Source: a virus
Lineage: Duplodnaviria > Caudoviricetes
Length of the DNA: 59,451 nt
IMG/VR virus record: IMGVR_UViG_3300031281_000002
Location: 1 to 59,451 of that record
Direction: 5' to 3' (one strand)
Below the pieces are notes generated by a model. It did not search any database, had not been told where the DNA came from, and saw nothing but the letters and a program-made list of their open reading frames with translations. This document shows, piece by piece, positions 55,688 through 59,451 of this stretch (positions within the stretch are counted from its first letter, which is position 1; every line of letters begins with the position of its first letter). The position numbers and the translations under genes are program-made.

Positions 55688-55978
55688 ATGAGAGTTGAAT
55701 TTTTAAAGCGAGGTTATTATAAAGGCAAAATATATAAAAAAGGCGATATTTGTGACATGACAAATAAAGATGCTGGAATATATGAAGAATTTAGGACAGC
55801 AAAAAAATATTTTGGTACTAAAAAACCTGGCGAAAATGTTAATGAAGAAGTTAAAGAAAATTCTTTTGAATCATATAATTATAAAGACTTACAAAGTCTG
55901 TGCAAGGAAAAAAACATACCTTGTACAGGTAAAAAAGAAGAATTAATTGAATCATTGAAAAATATTGGAGTTAATTAA
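55688..55978 (+). CDS. HeH/SAP-domain protein
   Basis: YKDLQSLCKEKNIPCTGKKEELIESL. Confidence 0.7.
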   Translation: MRVEFLKRGYYKGKIYKKGDICDMTNKDAGIYEEFRTAKKYFGTKKPGENVNEEVKENSFESYNYKDLQSLCKEKNIPCTGKKEELIESLKNIGVN

Positions 55979-56002
55979 ATTCAATATTAGATAGGTGAAA
56001 AA

Positions 56003-56422
56003 ATGTATATAACAGATGTTGAATATAAGTCATTTACAGATAGGCCAAAAAGCGAAGCTACTAAAGTAAGAATAAGAATTGCATCTAAAATGCTTGATAG
56101 TAGAATAGGAAATCATGGAGTCTATGATGATGGATGGAAAATAAATAATAGTGATGACGATGACTGGTATGTTGATAATAACATAGAATTATCACATGAT
56201 CAGGTTATTGCTGTTAAGATGTGGGTAGCTGGAATGATAAGTTGTTTGTATGATAATGACAATAAACCAGTTACAAATAAAAATGTAAAGTTAGGGCGAT
56301 TTTCTGTAGGAAATTCTGGAGGATCTAATATTTTTAATCAAGTTTTACCTGAAGAAATGAAATATCATGATTCAATATTAATTTCCTCAGGATTGATAAA
56401 AAGGGCGATTGATATAAGATGA
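56003..56422 (+). CDS. Head-tail adaptor
   Basis: MYIT..EY...AS..LD; KLGRFSV; L..SGL; synteny. Confidence 0.7.
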   Translation: MYITDVEYKSFTDRPKSEATKVRIRIASKMLDSRIGNHGVYDDGWKINNSDDDDWYVDNNIELSHDQVIAVKMWVAGMISCLYDNDNKPVTNKNVKLGRFSVGNSGGSNIFNQVLPEEMKYHDSILISSGLIKRAIDIR

Positions 56423-56757
56423 GTATGCAGCAGTATAATAATTTAATGACTCATGATATAAAAATTAGAAAAAGGAAAAGAAATAAGTCTGGTGATTTTT
56501 ATGATTTGTCAGATTCAACTGTAAAAGGATTTTGCCAATATGGTGATGTATTTTATACAGATGAAAAAGGTGAAAAAAAATTAGCTGCTGCAATTGTATT
56601 TTTAAAAGATAATTGTGGAATTGATATAAAATACCGTTATTGGATGCTAGACCAGTTAACTCCTTATAATCGTCCTAACTTAGAAGTATTAAAAATAGAT
56701 CCTGTTGATGACCCGCGTACTGGCAAAACTCATCATTATGAATGTTTTTGCAGATAA
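56419..56757 (+). CDS. Head closure protein
   Basis: Synteny; C-terminal HHYE. Confidence 0.6.
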   Translation: MSMQQYNNLMTHDIKIRKRKRNKSGDFYDLSDSTVKGFCQYGDVFYTDEKGEKKLAAAIVFLKDNCGIDIKYRYWMLDQLTPYNRPNLEVLKIDPVDDPRTGKTHHYECFCR

Positions 56758-56781
56758 ATAATAAAATAGAAGGTTGATGTT

Positions 56782-57480
56782 ATGTCTAAAGATTATTTTT
56801 GTAATACATATAGAGGTACTGGAGCCATAAAAATAAATAAATCAAGTCAATATCCACTTAATATTAAGGAAGTAAGGATATTGACTAAAGATGGAAGTGT
56901 TGATGTTAATAAAACGAATATTTATAAAACAAAATTAAAAATTTATATTGATAATGGCAAAGGAAATAAAAGAACAAAACTTAAAGATAAAAGTATGTTT
57001 ATTGATAATTACATATATCATCCTGATGTAGATTTAAACAGCAATCAAAAATTTGTGATAAGAAGTAAAAATATATTTAAAAGACCATGGAGTATTACTG
57101 TATCTGGATATGAAATGTTAGAACCATTATCACAATATGAATATAATGGAGAAACAATTAATGTAAGAGATGTAAATGTAAATGCATCTTTAGGTAATGT
57201 AAATGATTCATTAGAAGAATTAAATTTATTGAATCTTGATATGATTGGAGAAGGTGGTTCTATATTTGTAGACCATACAAATGTAGTGCTTCCTGATGCA
57301 GGAAAGTATATTTTTGCTATAGTACCAAATGAAGAATCTGTTATAAATAATATGGTTGTTGGCGATGAATGTGATGATTACAACGGAGAAACTATACCAA
57401 CTGGCGTACCTATTTATACTTATTGTACGTCTTTTAGACTAACAAGCGGAAGTGTAACATTGTATCAAAGGAGTTTATGA
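56782..57480 (+). CDS. Hypothetical virion-associated protein
   Basis: Inside the head-tail joining module; C-terminal GVPIY...LTSGSV.LY. Confidence 0.5.
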   Translation: MSKDYFCNTYRGTGAIKINKSSQYPLNIKEVRILTKDGSVDVNKTNIYKTKLKIYIDNGKGNKRTKLKDKSMFIDNYIYHPDVDLNSNQKFVIRSKNIFKRPWSITVSGYEMLEPLSQYEYNGETINVRDVNVNASLGNVNDSLEELNLLNLDMIGEGGSIFVDHTNVVLPDAGKYIFAIVPNEESVINNMVVGDECDDYNGETIPTGVPIYTYCTSFRLTSGSVTLYQRSL

Positions 57481-58862
57481 TGCCATCTATTGGATTAGGC
57501 AACAATATAACAAAAATAAATAAAATACAAAATGAATTTGTTTCTATTTGGAAAACTGATAATGCTGGTGGTGTTTCTGCTAATAATCAAATTAAACTTC
57601 CTTTCTATAATGCTGTAGGTGGTTACGATTGTACTATTTATTGGGGGGATGGAACAAACGATCATGTAACGGTTTGGAACGATCCAGCCTTAACTCATAC
57701 TTATCCAGCTACCGGAACTTATACAGTTACAATTGTAGGACAAGTAAATGGTTTTAGATTCAATAATGGTGGGGATAAAACAAAATTAGTTTCTATTGAA
57801 AATGGTGGAATTCATTTTAATTGTGGAAATGATGGAGCAGTATTTTACGGGTGCAGTAATTTAACAAGAATAAGAAATCTAAACACTGAAGGAATCACAA
57901 ATTTTTGGGCCTTTTTTTCAGGATGTTCAAAATTGATTGGAGATATAAGTTATTTAAATACAAGCAGTGCAACAAATATGTCATACATGATGCAAAATTG
58001 CTCTTTATACAATGAATCAGTTGCTTTTAATACAGCATTAGTAACTGACATGTCATACATGTTTAATAATTGTTTAGTATTTAATAATTCTTCTATAAAT
58101 CAATTAAACACTGCAAATGTTACAAATATATCTCATATGTTTGAAGGTTGTGTGGAATTCAATCAAAGTGTTAGCAATTTTGATACTGCTAAAGTTACAG
58201 ATTTTGGATATATGTTCTATGGATGCACACTATTTAATCAAAACCTTAATAATTTTGATACATCAGAAGGTATATATTTTGCAAATATGTTTTATCAGTG
58301 TTCTAATTTCAACGGGCTTGTTCCTTTCGACACAAGCAAAGGGACAACAATGTCAGGAATGTTTTACAAATGTAGTAAGTTCAACCAAGTTGTTAATTTC
58401 AATACAGCAAATTGTACAAATATGTATGCAATGTTCTACCAAAATTTTGTATTTAATAAATCTGTTAGCAGTTTCAACACTGCTAAAGTTACGACATTTG
58501 GATATATGTTTTCGGGATGTTTTGTTTTTAATCAACCAGTAAATACTTTTAATACAGCATTAGTAACTAACATGGCATATATATTTTACAATGCAGGACA
58601 ATTTAACCAAGACATATCTGGATGGGATATATCAAAGGTTACAGATGTTACAGGAATGCTTTCTTTGGCTTCGTCATGGTCGAGAGCGAATTATGATTTA
58701 GCTTTAATTGCTTGGGCAGCTGATGCAGTTAATACATTACTTACATTTACTTGTGCTTCTCAATATACTTTAGGAGGAGCAGCAGAAGCGGCTCACGATT
58801 ATTTAACTGATGTTATACCCGTTGGAAAACAGTGGACTATTAATGATTTAGGTGGAGTATAA
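57477..58862 (+). CDS. PKD-like plus DUF285/BspA-like repeat protein
   Basis: YWGDG...HTY...GTYTVTI; about ten NT..VT.M..MF..C..FNQ repeats. Confidence 0.85.
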   Translation: MMPSIGLGNNITKINKIQNEFVSIWKTDNAGGVSANNQIKLPFYNAVGGYDCTIYWGDGTNDHVTVWNDPALTHTYPATGTYTVTIVGQVNGFRFNNGGDKTKLVSIENGGIHFNCGNDGAVFYGCSNLTRIRNLNTEGITNFWAFFSGCSKLIGDISYLNTSSATNMSYMMQNCSLYNESVAFNTALVTDMSYMFNNCLVFNNSSINQLNTANVTNISHMFEGCVEFNQSVSNFDTAKVTDFGYMFYGCTLFNQNLNNFDTSEGIYFANMFYQCSNFNGLVPFDTSKGTTMSGMFYKCSKFNQVVNFNTANCTNMYAMFYQNFVFNKSVSSFNTAKVTTFGYMFSGCFVFNQPVNTFNTALVTNMAYIFYNAGQFNQDISGWDISKVTDVTGMLSLASSWSRANYDLALIAWAADAVNTLLTFTCASQYTLGGAAEAAHDYLTDVIPVGKQWTINDLGGV

Positions 58863-58889
58863 AAATCTGTGTAAAATCAGATATAGGAA

Positions 58890-59270
58890 GTGATGTATAT
58901 GGCATGGGAAAATTGGAGAGGCGATTTATTAATAAATTTAGTAAATCAAGCTGCAGTAAATGGAGTTAAAAAAACTGGTGAGGTCATATTGGAAGAAGCA
59001 AAAAAAGAAGTTCCGTTGGATGAAGGTATTTTACAACATACAGGCATTGTTATTATGGCATCTGGGAATATACCTGCTTGCGTAGTTTCTTTTGGTGGTG
59101 GTAGTGGAACCGGTTTTCCAATTGTTCCTTATGCTATAAGATGGCACGAAGAGCAAGCTAATTTTCAACATGGAAGAAAAAGATTTTATTTAAGAGATCC
59201 ATTTAATCGGCTTGTTCAATCTACTTTACAAGCTGCATTAATGCAAGAAATGGGAGTGTTTTTAAGATGA
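58890..59270 (+). CDS. HK97 gp10-like tail completion protein
   Basis: AKKEVPLDEG.L, PYAIRWHE, YLRDP. Confidence 0.75.
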   Translation: MMYMAWENWRGDLLINLVNQAAVNGVKKTGEVILEEAKKEVPLDEGILQHTGIVIMASGNIPACVVSFGGGSGTGFPIVPYAIRWHEEQANFQHGRKRFYLRDPFNRLVQSTLQAALMQEMGVFLR

Positions 59271-59451
59271 TATCCTCAGATTTTTGTCAATGGTTAGAAA
59301 ATAATAATTTTGGTACATATGGTGATGATATATTTGATACGTTTATGCAAGATGCTCCAGATAATTTAATCTTAATTGAGGACGTTTCATCTTTTAGCAT
59401 TCCTGAATCAAGTAGCTTGAAAGTTGACTTATATTCAATAAAAATAACAGC
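59267..59451 (+). CDS. Tail terminator, 5' part (continues at the window start)
   Basis: ATG overlaps the upstream stop; open to the window end. Confidence 0.7.
   Translation, partial: MISSDFCQWLENNNFGTYGDDIFDTFMQDAPDNLILIEDVSSFSIPESSSLKVDLYSIKIT

Noticed and set aside
58117-58542. Alternative-frame ORF in the repeat protein, or a DGR target
   Set aside because: Shadow of repetitive coding; no reverse transcriptase or TR/VR pair seen in the genome
59325-59451. Biological terminal repeat
   Set aside because: Exactly 127 bp, falls mid-gene and matches a common assembler k-mer size; best explained as a circular assembly overlap

Overview
The window is an apparently complete, circularly assembled genome of a tailed (siphovirus-type) phage, about 59,324 bp. 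Bases 1-127 recur exactly at 59325-59451, and the tail-terminator gene runs across that join. The AT-rich composition, sigma-A-type promoters and GGAGG ribosome-binding sites suggest a Bacillota-like host (inference). Layout: tail module (1-8.5 kb); accessory, early and lysin genes (8.5-23 kb); lambda-like replication with an origin inside the initiator gene (23.4-25.3 kb); small-gene cassettes and recombination genes (25-32 kb); and a head/packaging module (32.7-59.3 kb) heavily interrupted by cargo. Highlights: (1) an array-less type IV-B CRISPR-Cas-like effector operon (csf1, cas11-like, csf2, cysH-like, csf3) between terminase and portal; (2) a terminase intein whose putative endonuclease is encoded in a different, overlapping reading frame; (3) an eight-gene glycan/teichoic-acid-like biosynthesis cluster inside the head operon; (4) a type II hammerhead ribozyme flanked by two copies of an unidentified structured RNA; (5) a plasmid-type Rep_3 replicon with phased iterons and no visible integrase; (6) IscB-type and TnpB-type IS200/IS605 remnants; (7) a tRNA-like plus loop-loop ncRNA upstream of the small terminase. 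All family calls come from motif recognition by eye; no database search was run.
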